Source: a virus (taxonomy: Duplodnaviria; Caudoviricetes). From it: a stretch of 34,263 nt of DNA. Each line of letters starts with the position of its first letter. Within the stretch, counting starts at the first letter, position 1. Location of the stretch: IMG/VR virus record IMGVR_UViG_3300032303_000918, positions 1-34,263 of that record; one strand, given 5' to 3'. Below, piece after piece: positions 26,729 to 34,263 of this stretch. The position numbers were made by a program, and so were the translations under genes. The notes beneath the pieces are model-generated. The model did no database searches. It saw nothing but the letters and a program-made list of their open reading frames with translations, and had not been told where the DNA came from.

Positions 26729-27054
26729 CGTGTCCTTGTCTTTCTTGAGCGCATTGTGTTGTTTCTGATTGGTACGCTATGTCCGAAGGTGCGCTCAAAC
26801 CCTCTTACAAGTGCGTTTATATTTTGTCTGGTTACTCCGTATCTGCTACCGATTGACTCGTTTGTGCGTTTTCCCAACTTCTGAAATAAAACCATAAGCA
26901 CTACTTCAGACCTCATGCCTATGCCGTCCGTTGTCTCGCCTTTTGCTATCCATGAAAATAGATTAACCAGATTGCCAGATGCGTTCTTTTCGTCCGTAAC
27001 GATTGGCTCAATGTCCTCCATAGGATGATGATGGTAAGATGGCTCTATGTGCAT
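26617..27054 (-). CDS. Sigma70 region-4-like HTH protein, candidate late regulator
   Basis: RTNESIGSRYGVTRQNINAL resembles region 4.2 (TLEEVG..F.VTRERI); located just before cos and the late genes. Confidence 0.55.
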   Translation of the reverse strand: MHIEPSYHHHPMEDIEPIVTDEKNASGNLVNLFSWIAKGETTDGIGMRSEVVLMVLFQKLGKRTNESIGSRYGVTRQNINALVRGFERTFGHSVPIRNNTMRSRKTRTRCKESQELRYRLLAKQKLKMQSTYITRLKSWRESQLQ

Positions 27055-27056
27055 GG

Positions 27057-27497
27057 TTAGTTTCTTGGATTTGATTGCGCCCATTTAGACCAAGCTAGGC
27101 AAAGTTCTCTAATGTCATTTTCTGTTGCGTTTTCATGGTTTTTTATATCAATAGTTCCAACTGGCATTATTTTAACCCATCGCTCAAAACGAACAACCCT
27201 CCCAGCCCCATCCCAATCAATTCTAACAACTACAAAATCAGCATTAAGAACCAGCTTCTCTAGGGTTTGCCTTTGTCCGTTAGACATCATTGCCCCAGCA
27301 TATTTGTTCTCAAACAGGAGGAATTTGCCATTTACCTCAACCAATCCGTCTATGTCTGTGGGTAATATGCTTTCCCTAATGAATGCGCCCTTAAGCCAAC
27401 CCCAGCTTTTAAGCCTAATTTCATGCAGATACCTAGAAATGTCCTTTATGCCAGCGCACTCATAAAGCTCATCTGCCATTGTCTGAACATTAATCAT
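27057..27497 (-). CDS. PD-(D/E)XK nuclease-like protein
   Basis: PTDIDG...FLLFENK....MSNGQR..LE.L. Confidence 0.6.
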   Translation of the reverse strand: MINVQTMADELYECAGIKDISRYLHEIRLKSWGWLKGAFIRESILPTDIDGLVEVNGKFLLFENKYAGAMMSNGQRQTLEKLVLNADFVVVRIDWDGAGRVVRFERWVKIMPVGTIDIKNHENATENDIRELCLAWSKWAQSNPRN

Positions 27498-27898
27498 AGG
27501 GCAAATGACACTCTTTTGTGTGTCTTGGGCTTATTGTATTTAGAAACCCAACCACACCTTCTGGCGTATTTAACAGAATCGTAGGATATGTTAAACTTCT
27601 TGGCTATTTGACGAATTGTTAAGCCCTCTTCATAGAGCTTTTTGAACACATCCCAGCGTTCTTTTATTACCTCAACTTCCCTAGACTTCAGCCACAGCTT
27701 TGATACATCCCCATTAATTAGGGGCATTTCATGCGTTTTAAGTGAGAATGTTAGCTTTGACTCGTTAGCTACCTTCTTGGCTTCATTAAGCTCTACAAAT
27801 GCCTTTGTAAGCAATTCTTGATGGCTTTTAAGGACTAGCTCAATGGAATTAAGCCTTTCCCCAAAGTATTTATTAATTGTGTCTTGCCTAGACTCCAT
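27494..27898 (-). CDS. HTH DNA-binding protein
   Basis: LYEEGLTIRQIAKKFNISYDSVKYA. Confidence 0.7.
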   Translation of the reverse strand: MESRQDTINKYFGERLNSIELVLKSHQELLTKAFVELNEAKKVANESKLTFSLKTHEMPLINGDVSKLWLKSREVEVIKERWDVFKKLYEEGLTIRQIAKKFNISYDSVKYARRCGWVSKYNKPKTHKRVSFAL

Positions 27899-28637
27899 TG
27901 GTTACGCTTTCTGGAGTTGGAAAACCAGCCTCTTTCCAAGCTTCATAGCTCTTAAAGCCCATCATTTTGTATAATGGCGGTGAGTAGTTAGGAGAAACTT
28001 GCTCTTTCTTTTTAGGCTTTGCCTCTGTTGCTTTGGCTATGTTCCTTCTTTGACAATTCCTCGCCACAGCCTTCCAATCAGCAATTTTTGTCTTACCACC
28101 AACTAACCAGCCAACGGACTCATAATAGTCATAAGCAGACCTAGCTAGGTCTTTGTCCCATTTAAGTTCTAACGCATAATCAAACCAATCCTTCTGTGTA
28201 GGTATATTATTATTAACTTTAACTATAACATCTAACTCTAACTCTCCCCGTTTCTTTTGCGTTTCTTGAGCGTTTCTAAAGCGTTTCAGCCTCTCCCAGC
28301 CCTGTTTCCGCACCTCACCTTCCCTTAAAAGCCTTCTTGAGTACATAACCCCATTCTCTTCACTAAATACGCCAAGTAGGGAAAGCTCCTTTAGAAGCTC
28401 TTGGGTCTTGTCTATTGGTATTCCAGCTATTCTTGATATTTCTTCAGCCCCAATGGGCTTTGCGCCAAGGCACAGATACCCAAAGCGGTCTGCCTTTGCC
28501 ATTAGGCACAACATATCAATCCAAAGACCCCTAGCCTCTAGGGTGCAACACCTTAATCTTTCATCGCTCAACCAATCAGACGGAAAGAACCTAATGTAGA
28601 AAAGCTTGGCTTTTGAGGCTTCCACTATGCCCCCCAA
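27888..28637 (-). CDS. Replication initiator / replisome organiser (YdaU/DUF1376-like N-terminus)
   Basis: FFPSDWLSD..LR.C...ARGLWIDMLCLM, YSRRL, and C-terminal YDYYESVGW......DWKA.ARN. Confidence 0.75.
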   Translation of the reverse strand: MGGIVEASKAKLFYIRFFPSDWLSDERLRCCTLEARGLWIDMLCLMAKADRFGYLCLGAKPIGAEEISRIAGIPIDKTQELLKELSLLGVFSEENGVMYSRRLLREGEVRKQGWERLKRFRNAQETQKKRGELELDVIVKVNNNIPTQKDWFDYALELKWDKDLARSAYDYYESVGWLVGGKTKIADWKAVARNCQRRNIAKATEAKPKKKEQVSPNYSPPLYKMMGFKSYEAWKEAGFPTPESVTNGV

Positions 28638-28822
28638 TCTTTTGAAAGCCTGTCTTCAGCTTGCTCTACTTCGTTTCTCCACTTTGTAAGAGCTTCAACT
28701 TTGCGCCTTAACTCAATATTCTCTTCAAACAGCTTCTCATTTGATTGGCGCATCTGCTTCAAACCAGAGTAAAGAATCTGCTCTGTTGGGGTCAGCTTTG
28801 TCTCATTGATGCTGGAGAACAT
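28625..28822 (-). CDS. Hypothetical coiled-coil protein
   Basis: Coupled small ORF with a heptad pattern. Confidence 0.55.
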   Translation of the reverse strand: MFSSINETKLTPTEQILYSGLKQMRQSNEKLFEENIELRRKVEALTKWRNEVEQAEDRLSKDWGA

Positions 28823-29286
28823 TACTCAATCTCCACAACGGCATACTTGCCTAGCTTTGCCATTTCTTTGTCAGCAATTGCCTTTGAGGAAAAGTAAAGG
28901 TCTATGATTGGTAGCTTAAGACGCTTCCCATTCTCTGCCTTTCTGGAGCTAACTGCGCTTCCAGTATCATTAGCTACAAATACCTTATCTTTTATCTTAA
29001 TCTTACTGCCGTAAGAAATGATTCTTGTATCAACCGCACAACTCCTACCAGATACAAGCTTTGCTCCGCTTGATGATTTGCCCTTTGAAGTCCAATAATC
29101 TTCACAGGGTTTTGACCAATAAGCGGTCAATCTTACTTTTAATTTCCTTACTGGCTTTCTAATATTTATTACCCCCTTCCCGCCATCTATAAAAAGATTA
29201 GCAGGGGTAACTTCGCTTGCAACCATAGAAGCAAAAGCAAGGCAAGAGGCTAACTTACTTGCCATTTGAATATCTCCCTTCTGCAA
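28822..29286 (-). CDS. 3D-domain (MltA-like) protein
   Basis: TAY, AVD.RII.YGS, DTGSAV and IDLY carry the three conserved Asp; hydrophobic N-terminus. Confidence 0.85.
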   Translation of the reverse strand: MQKGDIQMASKLASCLAFASMVASEVTPANLFIDGGKGVINIRKPVRKLKVRLTAYWSKPCEDYWTSKGKSSSGAKLVSGRSCAVDTRIISYGSKIKIKDKVFVANDTGSAVSSRKAENGKRLKLPIIDLYFSSKAIADKEMAKLGKYAVVEIE

Positions 29287-29575
29287 ACCCAGAAGAAATT
29301 GTTCCCCTGCTTATGCGCTTATCCCTGTCTATTTGTCTGATTAGGAAGTTGCTGTTAAAGCGCATTCCAATAGCCCCCAACAACTTGTCAGAGTTATTAA
29401 GTACCTTCATTATTGAGTCCATGCCTCCATTGTTGTTAATCTCTCGTTTTATTGAGTTTGCTGAACACCCCTTGCCGTGTGGACGCTTCATAATTCCGTA
29501 ATCAATTACGGCCTGTCCTAAAAAAGATACTAGAAGCATTTTATGGGCTAGGTCTGTGTCTGCCTTATCACTCAT
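29255..29575 (-). CDS. Hypothetical protein
   Basis: L...L.QAV.DY motif common in phage proteins. Confidence 0.55.
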   Translation of the reverse strand: MSDKADTDLAHKMLLVSFLGQAVIDYGIMKRPHGKGCSANSIKREINNNGGMDSIMKVLNNSDKLLGAIGMRFNSNFLIRQIDRDKRISRGTISSGFAEGRYSNGK

Positions 29576-29581
29576 TGAGTG

Positions 29582-30334
29582 TTAAAAAGGTATCTGGTCT
29601 TCTTCTTTGCCAGACTTCACCACTTCCACATTTTCCCATTGGGCATTACCGCTGGTTTCAGCAAACCAATCATCCAAAGCTTTCCGTAGCCCCATTGAAT
29701 CTGGGTATTTAGGGTTGGGTTGGTACTCTTCAAAATACCAAGTAATCTGCTTGGGGCTTAACTCTCCCAAGGTCTTCCCCTTGTTCTTTCCGATTGGAAT
29801 AACTGCGCTTTTCCAATCGGTTCTCTCGCCCTGTACATGAGCTACAACCGCAACCCGCTTCTCTTCATACTTGTGGGTATTTAGCTCCTGTTCAAAACCT
29901 CCCGCTGGTACTTCGTCTGCTGGAGTTGTGGAAATGGTGGGGTCAATTAGCAAAAGACAATGGGCAAATGCCGTCTTACATGCCTTGCTGGTTGCCCTTG
30001 TCTGCGCCATGGAGCGTCTAGCGTATTCGGGCTTCTTTGCCCAATTTGGCTCATCATCACCGCAAAAGCCTTCAGCCGTTGCGATAACAACACCATTATC
30101 AATCCGCTTTACCTCTCCAATAGCCCTAAAACCGCCCTCAATCTTCTGGACATCCCTAGCACTAGCAACGCAACCATGCGCCACAGCAAGAGATAACCAG
30201 CCGTCATTCTTTAGGTATTGCTCCTTACCCAGCTTAATTGTTCTGGCCTTTACTATTTGTGCCGTTGCGCTCGCAACTTCGTTTGCCCTGCTGATTTGCC
30301 AACTTGGGCTTTGTACTGCTAGTTCGTCACTCAT
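29582..30334 (-). CDS. Putative ssDNA-annealing/recombination protein with GKxKG domain and SSB-like tail
   Basis: SMAQTRA.SKA and TTPADEV; IPIGKNKGKTLGEL...ITW; ends EEDQIPF. Confidence 0.55.
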   Translation of the reverse strand: MSDELAVQSPSWQISRANEVASATAQIVKARTIKLGKEQYLKNDGWLSLAVAHGCVASARDVQKIEGGFRAIGEVKRIDNGVVIATAEGFCGDDEPNWAKKPEYARRSMAQTRATSKACKTAFAHCLLLIDPTISTTPADEVPAGGFEQELNTHKYEEKRVAVVAHVQGERTDWKSAVIPIGKNKGKTLGELSPKQITWYFEEYQPNPKYPDSMGLRKALDDWFAETSGNAQWENVEVVKSGKEEDQIPF

Positions 30335-30506
30335 CTTGACCCTCTCTTTCTTGTTCTTGGTTTGGTGTTTCGTTTTGCATAAAAGCCAATCTGTGGGCTT
30401 CTAGCTCTGTTCTTGCCTGTGGGCTTCCAACATCAAATAGGAGCAACACCCTTTCTGCGTTGCATCGCCTAGCCGTCTCCTTCGCCATTAAAAAAAGTGA
30501 ACTCAT
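30327..30506 (-). CDS. Possible small hypothetical protein (59 aa)
   Basis: Own translation MSSLFLMAKE...EGQDE; overlaps both neighbours (ATGA coupling at its start). Confidence 0.35.
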   Translation of the reverse strand: MSSLFLMAKETARRCNAERVLLLFDVGSPQARTELEAHRLAFMQNETPNQEQEREGQDE

Positions 30507-30871
30507 TTGCTTGGGTTCGCCTTAAAGCTTCTGATTGCCATTTCTCGCTCAAATGCCTCAATGCATCTGGAAACTTCCTCTTTGTTGATGCACTTGGTTG
30601 TAAAATGCCAAACCCTCCAACCAGCCTCACAAGCCCTTCTGCCCTTTTCTGCATCCTTCTGAAACCCGATTGGCCTTACATGTCTCCCCCGCATTCCAAA
30701 CACCCCGCCGTCAATTTCAACGGCCAACTTGTAAGCTGGTAAGGCAAAATCGAACCTAAATTTCCTGTCTTCTAGGAAGCGGTACTCTGCCACCAAATTT
30801 ACCCCAGCCTGTTCCTTCCAAATCTCCAAAAACCTCCGCACAGGAGTTTGCGTTGTTTTATTTTTGGGCAT
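30503..30871 (-). CDS. DUF559/Vsr-like endonuclease
   Basis: EYRF...RKFRFDFA....KLAVEIDGG.......H......D.EK......GWRV. Confidence 0.85.
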   Translation of the reverse strand: MPKNKTTQTPVRRFLEIWKEQAGVNLVAEYRFLEDRKFRFDFALPAYKLAVEIDGGVFGMRGRHVRPIGFQKDAEKGRRACEAGWRVWHFTTKCINKEEVSRCIEAFEREMAIRSFKANPSK

Positions 30872-31058
30872 CTTGCCCCCGATTCTTCAACAAAAAGGCA
30901 ACCGCCTCTGTAAGCTGTTCTAATGTTCTATTAATTCTGTTAATCTGCTGTGCTACATCAGCATTTGGCTTGGAGTTTATGTAATAAGATTCTCCAAAAA
31001 TCTTGGTATCAAAGCCCTCTGCCTCCAAGTCCCTAACGCTAGAGTTATTCATGCCCAT
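30858..31058 (-). CDS. Hypothetical protein
   Basis: Coupled small ORF. Confidence 0.5.
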   Translation of the reverse strand: MGMNNSSVRDLEAEGFDTKIFGESYYINSKPNADVAQQINRINRTLEQLTEAVAFLLKNRGQDAQK

Positions 31059-31203
31059 CTAGCTTGCTGGCAAGCCACTCCACAAGGGGCATTAAGAGTC
31101 TAGTTAAGCCACCAATCAGCAAAACCCAGAAACTAACCCAGCCGAAGAAAAACAAATGCTCTAATAATCGTGTACTAAATATTGTATCAAGTGCGGTTTT
31201 CAT
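31045..31203 (-). CDS. Small membrane protein (52 aa)
   Basis: Own translation MKTALDTIFSTRLLEHLFFFGWVSFWVLLIGGLTRLLMPLVEWLASKLDGHE; follows a promoter-like site. Confidence 0.5.
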   Translation of the reverse strand: MKTALDTIFSTRLLEHLFFFGWVSFWVLLIGGLTRLLMPLVEWLASKLDGHE

Positions 31204-31239
31204 TCCGCAGGTATTAGAAAACTACGCTAAATCGGTCAA
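31204..31239 (-). promoter_or_regulatory. Possible promoter of the replication operon
   Basis: TTGACC-17nt-TAATAC-7nt-ATG with A-rich upstream DNA. The -10 is imperfect and the island palindrome is absent. Confidence 0.45.
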
Positions 31240-31608
31240 GCGTTTTTTATTATTTTTGTTAAAAATTTTTCTTTCAGATTGAGCTTGCAATTCATTTTTA
31301 AGCCTCATAGCTTCTTTGCCCCCAAATTCTGCTCTTTCCTGTGGCGTTGCATCTTTAAGGAGCTTATAGTGCATAACCTTTCTTACAATCGCATATTTGG
31401 TATTTACGATTCTACGATATTGCCTTTCTAAAAGTAACCCACGGCCACGCAAAACCCCAATGTGCTTTGTTGCCTGTGGACGCTTTACCGCCAACTGCTC
31501 TGCAACCTCTTCAGAAGTAAGCCAACCTTTGGCGGGGGTTTCAGCCTCTCCGTTAAGGGCTACAATTAGCTCTTTTGCCCAGCTACTATCTACGCTTCTT
31601 GAAAGCAT
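31222..31608 (-). CDS. Putative winged-HTH protein
   Basis: GWLTSEEVAEQLAV.R........L...GLL. Confidence 0.55.
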   Translation of the reverse strand: MLSRSVDSSWAKELIVALNGEAETPAKGWLTSEEVAEQLAVKRPQATKHIGVLRGRGLLLERQYRRIVNTKYAIVRKVMHYKLLKDATPQERAEFGGKEAMRLKNELQAQSERKIFNKNNKKRLTDLA

Positions 31609-31732
31609 TTTTCTTTTTCCTGTTGGTCTTAAATTGCTTGGTTGCCAGCTTCACCCTGCAATTGTTGCAAATATCCATTTGGTTGAAATTAAGAACCCCA
31701 CACTCGTAGCAGTAGTTTTGGCTATGGTTCAT
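31586..31732 (-). CDS. Small Zn-ribbon protein (48 aa)
   Basis: CYECG...ICNNC; start placed at MNHSQ. Confidence 0.4.
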   Translation of the reverse strand: MNHSQNYCYECGVLNFNQMDICNNCRVKLATKQFKTNRKKKNAFKKRR

Positions 31733-31847
31733 ACTTCTCCCAACAACCCATTGTAGGAACTTCTGGATACTTCGTTTCTTCTTCTGTGTACGGCTTTGTT
31801 TCAGAACAGCTAAAAAGCACAAATTGGAGAAACAGCAAGAGCCTCAT
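31722..31847 (-). CDS. Small putative lipoprotein (41 aa)
   Basis: Own translation MRLLLFLQFVLFSCSETKPYTEEETKYPEVPTMGCWEKYEP; LFSC lipobox-like motif and ATGA overlap with the upstream stop. Confidence 0.5.
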   Translation of the reverse strand: MRLLLFLQFVLFSCSETKPYTEEETKYPEVPTMGCWEKYEP

Positions 31848-32584
31848 ACTGGTAGTCTCCACTCCCCAGCCGTTGGTGTTGCCAGCCATGAAACGCACCC
31901 CTTGGAACTATACTCTCCCCAAACAAAGCCATGCCCCCAGCGCAAGGTTGCTCTGCGTTGTCTGGCATAGGACATAGCCCCAATATCCGCAATAGTGCCA
32001 GAGCAGATTCCAACAGGACTATTTAGGACTCTTCCTCTTTGTACTTCTGGCCTGTGAAGATGAGCCATCACAACTGGCATGCCCAAGGACTCCACAGAAT
32101 CCCTAACCGCATTTTCAGAGTGTGCGTAGCCATGAAGGAATGCAGTTTTACCAAGTACCACTATCCCCTTCTCAATATCGTAAGGGAAAACCCTGCAATG
32201 CATCTTCTTTGTAGCCTTCTCTATTTCCTCAACCCCCTTTTCAGCGCAAAAGGAAATAACCGCAGAAGAGGAGGAAAGAAGAGAATAAAGCCTGTGTTCA
32301 TGGTTGCCCAAAAGGTAGATAGTAGGCTGAAGCTCATTTAAGAACCCAATCCCAGCCTCAAAATCATCTGCCAAGTCAGAGGAGTAATCCCCCGATGTTG
32401 GGTCTTTAATAGCTCCACCCCGCAAGCTGGTGCAATCTATTGCATCCCCAAGGTGAATTACTTCAGTTGGTGCATACCTCTTTTTGAAGGAAATTACCGC
32501 TTCCCTAGCGGTTTGGCTTATGTGACTTCCATGGGAGCAACCCACAGCAAGAAACTTCGTCCATTTATTTACTATGTTTGCCAT
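31844..32584 (-). CDS. Calcineurin-like metallophosphoesterase
   Basis: GCSHG, HLGD..D, LGNHE, FLHG and AHLH motifs. Confidence 0.85.
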   Translation of the reverse strand: MANIVNKWTKFLAVGCSHGSHISQTAREAVISFKKRYAPTEVIHLGDAIDCTSLRGGAIKDPTSGDYSSDLADDFEAGIGFLNELQPTIYLLGNHEHRLYSLLSSSSAVISFCAEKGVEEIEKATKKMHCRVFPYDIEKGIVVLGKTAFLHGYAHSENAVRDSVESLGMPVVMAHLHRPEVQRGRVLNSPVGICSGTIADIGAMSYARQRRATLRWGHGFVWGEYSSKGCVSWLATPTAGEWRLPV

Positions 32585-32879
32585 TTAGAATTTCTAGTAT
32601 CTGCCTACAAGAGTCCCTTGCTTTGTATGCAACTACGCTGTCATCTGAAGTCCCCTCCTCCGCAAGAATGCCCACAATATCAAGCTGGTTTTTGAGGGTA
32701 GTTACATAAACAACCAAGTCAGCCACCTCATCCAGCACCTCACCAATTAGCCTTTTCTCCCATAGATTGCCTCCATGTTGCTTTGCCCCAGCGGTATATT
32801 TTGCCGTTATTTTGTCGTTAATGTATAACAAGACACCATCTAAATGATATTGTTGAGAGGGTGTCATCTGCTTTTCCAA
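32565..32879 (-). CDS. Possible MazG-like (all-alpha) NTP pyrophosphatase
   Basis: KY..G...HGG.L......E..DEVADLVVY. Confidence 0.45.
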   Translation of the reverse strand: MEKQMTPSQQYHLDGVLLYINDKITAKYTAGAKQHGGNLWEKRLIGEVLDEVADLVVYVTTLKNQLDIVGILAEEGTSDDSVVAYKARDSCRQILEILNGKHSK

Positions 32880-33379
32880 CTTGAGAAGAATGAAGTCTTT
32901 TTTGTTTCAATGTTCTCCGCAAAAGCCTGTACTACCTTTGTAGTTCCCTTCGCTGGGATGTCTGAAAACTTTTTGTATCTAGCGTCTTGAAGGTGTCCAG
33001 ATTCCCACTCAATGGGATTTATTTTCAGAGCATGCCCAATTGCATCACCAATCCTGTAAGCCCCATCGTTGTCCCAATCAGACTCGTAGAAGCCTTTGTT
33101 CTTTGGATTCTCACGCAAAGCAACCCAATCAAACGCTAGGCCATAATTGTGATAAGACTGACCTCCCCTAGCCTTTGTAACGATGCGCCCCGCTTTTGTC
33201 CTACCCTGTGCAAATAGCTCATCCTGTTCAGCGCAACTTCTGTAACCACAATAAATAAGTGGATAAACAGATATTTCATGCATCTTGTGCAACCACTCCC
33301 TAGCTCTTTTTTGAAAGTCAGCTTCTAGGGTTAGTAGTTTGTTATCGCAAATCTCTGATGCTCTTACTAAAGAAATCAT
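32864..33379 (-). CDS. Endolysin, peptidase M15 (L-Ala-D-Glu peptidase type)
   Basis: GYRS.AEQDELFAQGRT..G.IVT.ARGGQSYHNYGLAFD...ESGHLQ. Confidence 0.93.
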   Translation of the reverse strand: MISLVRASEICDNKLLTLEADFQKRAREWLHKMHEISVYPLIYCGYRSCAEQDELFAQGRTKAGRIVTKARGGQSYHNYGLAFDWVALRENPKNKGFYESDWDNDGAYRIGDAIGHALKINPIEWESGHLQDARYKKFSDIPAKGTTKVVQAFAENIETKKTSFFSSWKSR

Positions 33380-33396
33380 CTTTAGTGTGCTTGTGT

Positions 33397-33684
33397 CTAG
33401 TGCCTAGACCATTCCACCGCTTCTTTGTATTGGTCTTTCTCTGCAATTACATTGTTGAGAGTTTGAAGTGATTTTGCGTATTGCTTGCGAAACTCTTTGT
33501 TTGGAGTCCCAACCCTGCCCTCTAACTCATCCCATTCCGTCTGAAGCTCTGCAATTGAACCAACTTCAGTAGCAGAACCAACCCGCATATCTACCGAAGC
33601 ACAACCAATAAGAAATAGAACACTAATTGCGAGAAATCCACCAGCTATCAATGTCACGGCTACGCCTCTTGCGCTCGTATTCAA
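33397..33684 (-). CDS. Lipoprotein, probable o-spanin
   Basis: Hydrophobic stretch with LIGC lipobox and a coiled-coil body. Overlaps the upstream TM gene in another frame; exact start uncertain. Confidence 0.6.
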   Translation of the reverse strand: MNTSARGVAVTLIAGGFLAISVLFLIGCASVDMRVGSATEVGSIAELQTEWDELEGRVGTPNKEFRKQYAKSLQTLNNVIAEKDQYKEAVEWSRH

Positions 33685-33787
33685 TGTGTTCCTTGTTGAT
33701 TTGATGGCTACTTTTAGCTCTGTTTTTTACCCACCAGAACAAAATGGAAAGAGCTAGGCCAATTGCCGTAACTATTCCTGTGAGCAT
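33623..33787 (-). CDS. Single-TM protein, probable i-spanin (54 aa)
   Basis: Own translation MLTGIVTAIGLALSILFWWVKNRAKSSHQINKEHIEYERKRRSRDIDSWWISRN; TAATG coupling to the holin. Confidence 0.55.
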   Translation of the reverse strand: MLTGIVTAIGLALSILFWWVKNRAKSSHQINKEHIEYERKRRSRDIDSWWISRN

Positions 33788-33954
33788 TATTTGGTAGCAT
33801 CCTTTGCCAAGATAAGCCCAACGCCAGCCGTGATTGCGCTGATAATTGGCGCAAGTTCTGGCACTTGACCAGTTTTCAAGAAGCTCAAAGCCCCAGAGGC
33901 AACAGCAATAAGAATAGACAATACACCAGTAATGGTTGTTTTAATGTTGTTCAT
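33787..33954 (-). CDS. Small two-TM holin (55 aa)
   Basis: Own translation MNNIKTTITGVLSILIAVASGALSFLKTGQVPELAPIISAITAGVGLILAKDATK, in the lysis cassette. Confidence 0.7.
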   Translation of the reverse strand: MNNIKTTITGVLSILIAVASGALSFLKTGQVPELAPIISAITAGVGLILAKDATK

Positions 33955-33969
33955 ACCAACCCAACCAAG

Positions 33970-34203
33970 TCAATTATGCCCAAAGAGTCTTGTCCTAGCG
34001 TAGTCCCAAATTACCGCACAACTAGCCCCAACCAAAGTAGCAATTACCATGAGCTTTGCTTTGTATTGCTCAAGCACAGATACCCTTCTATTCAATTCAG
34101 CAAAGTTAGATAAATGAGCTTCAAGAAGCTTAATTGCATGGTCAGTACGCTCCTCAATTCTTGCAAGTCTCTCTGCAAGCAACCCATCAAACTTGCTTTT
34201 CAT
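33970..34203 (-). CDS. XhlA-like coiled-coil + C-terminal TM protein (holin-associated)
   Basis: ERLARIEER...RVSVLEQ followed by a TM helix; first gene of the lysis cassette. Confidence 0.65.
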   Translation of the reverse strand: MKSKFDGLLAERLARIEERTDHAIKLLEAHLSNFAELNRRVSVLEQYKAKLMVIATLVGASCAVIWDYARTRLFGHN

Positions 34204-34263
34204 TACAATCTAGTTAGGGGTAAAAGCCTAACAAAAACATCTGCCAAAAGAGAAAAAGCACTA
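34141..34263. repeat. Terminal direct repeat copy 2 (circular-assembly overlap)
   Basis: Identical to bases 1-123. Confidence 0.97.

Noticed and set aside
918-34113. Numerous plus-strand ORFs in the six-frame track
   Set aside because: They are antisense shadows of well-supported minus-strand genes and have no recognisable motifs.
34141-34263. 123-bp terminal repeat as a biological DTR or att site
   Set aside because: It cuts through two coupled genes, and the terminase is cos-type with a cos candidate elsewhere. An assembler overlap of a circular contig explains it best.
1-34263. Alternative genetic code or tRNA genes
   Set aside because: Standard-code ORFs tile the genome densely using all three stop codons, and I recognised no tRNA cloverleaf by eye. 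tRNAscan was not run.

Overview
The window is an apparently complete, circularly assembled genome of a tailed dsDNA phage (Caudoviricetes). It has 34,140 bp of unique sequence, because bases 1-123 repeat at 34141-34263. All credible genes are on the minus strand. In transcription order they are: lysis cassette (XhlA-like and two-TM holins, probable overlapping spanin pair, M15 endolysin), MazG-like and metallophosphoesterase genes, recombination/replication genes, a sigma-region-4-like HTH, a probable cos site, Nu1-like small terminase, ParB-like protein, GpA-like large terminase, HNH, a ~4.2 kb island of small unknown genes, lambda-like portal/protease/capsid, and a short-tape-measure tail with several adsorption proteins. 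I recognised no integrase, CI-type repressor, polymerase, tRNA or CRISPR array. The spanin-like lipoprotein points to a Gram-negative host. The most interesting signals are regulatory. (1) Four island promoters carry the same AACCC-N7-GGGTT palindrome between -35 and -10, and the last one precedes a 51-aa CxxC/NGKLGGRP protein. This is a candidate autoregulated anti-defence regulon with a non-HTH repressor. (2) A TTTGACA motif with no -10 box sits 13-15 nt upstream of many late-gene start codons, including an internal scaffold start. (3) A tail protein has a mirror-spaced cysteine stalk-and-knob pattern. Product calls come from motif recognition and synteny only; no searches were run.
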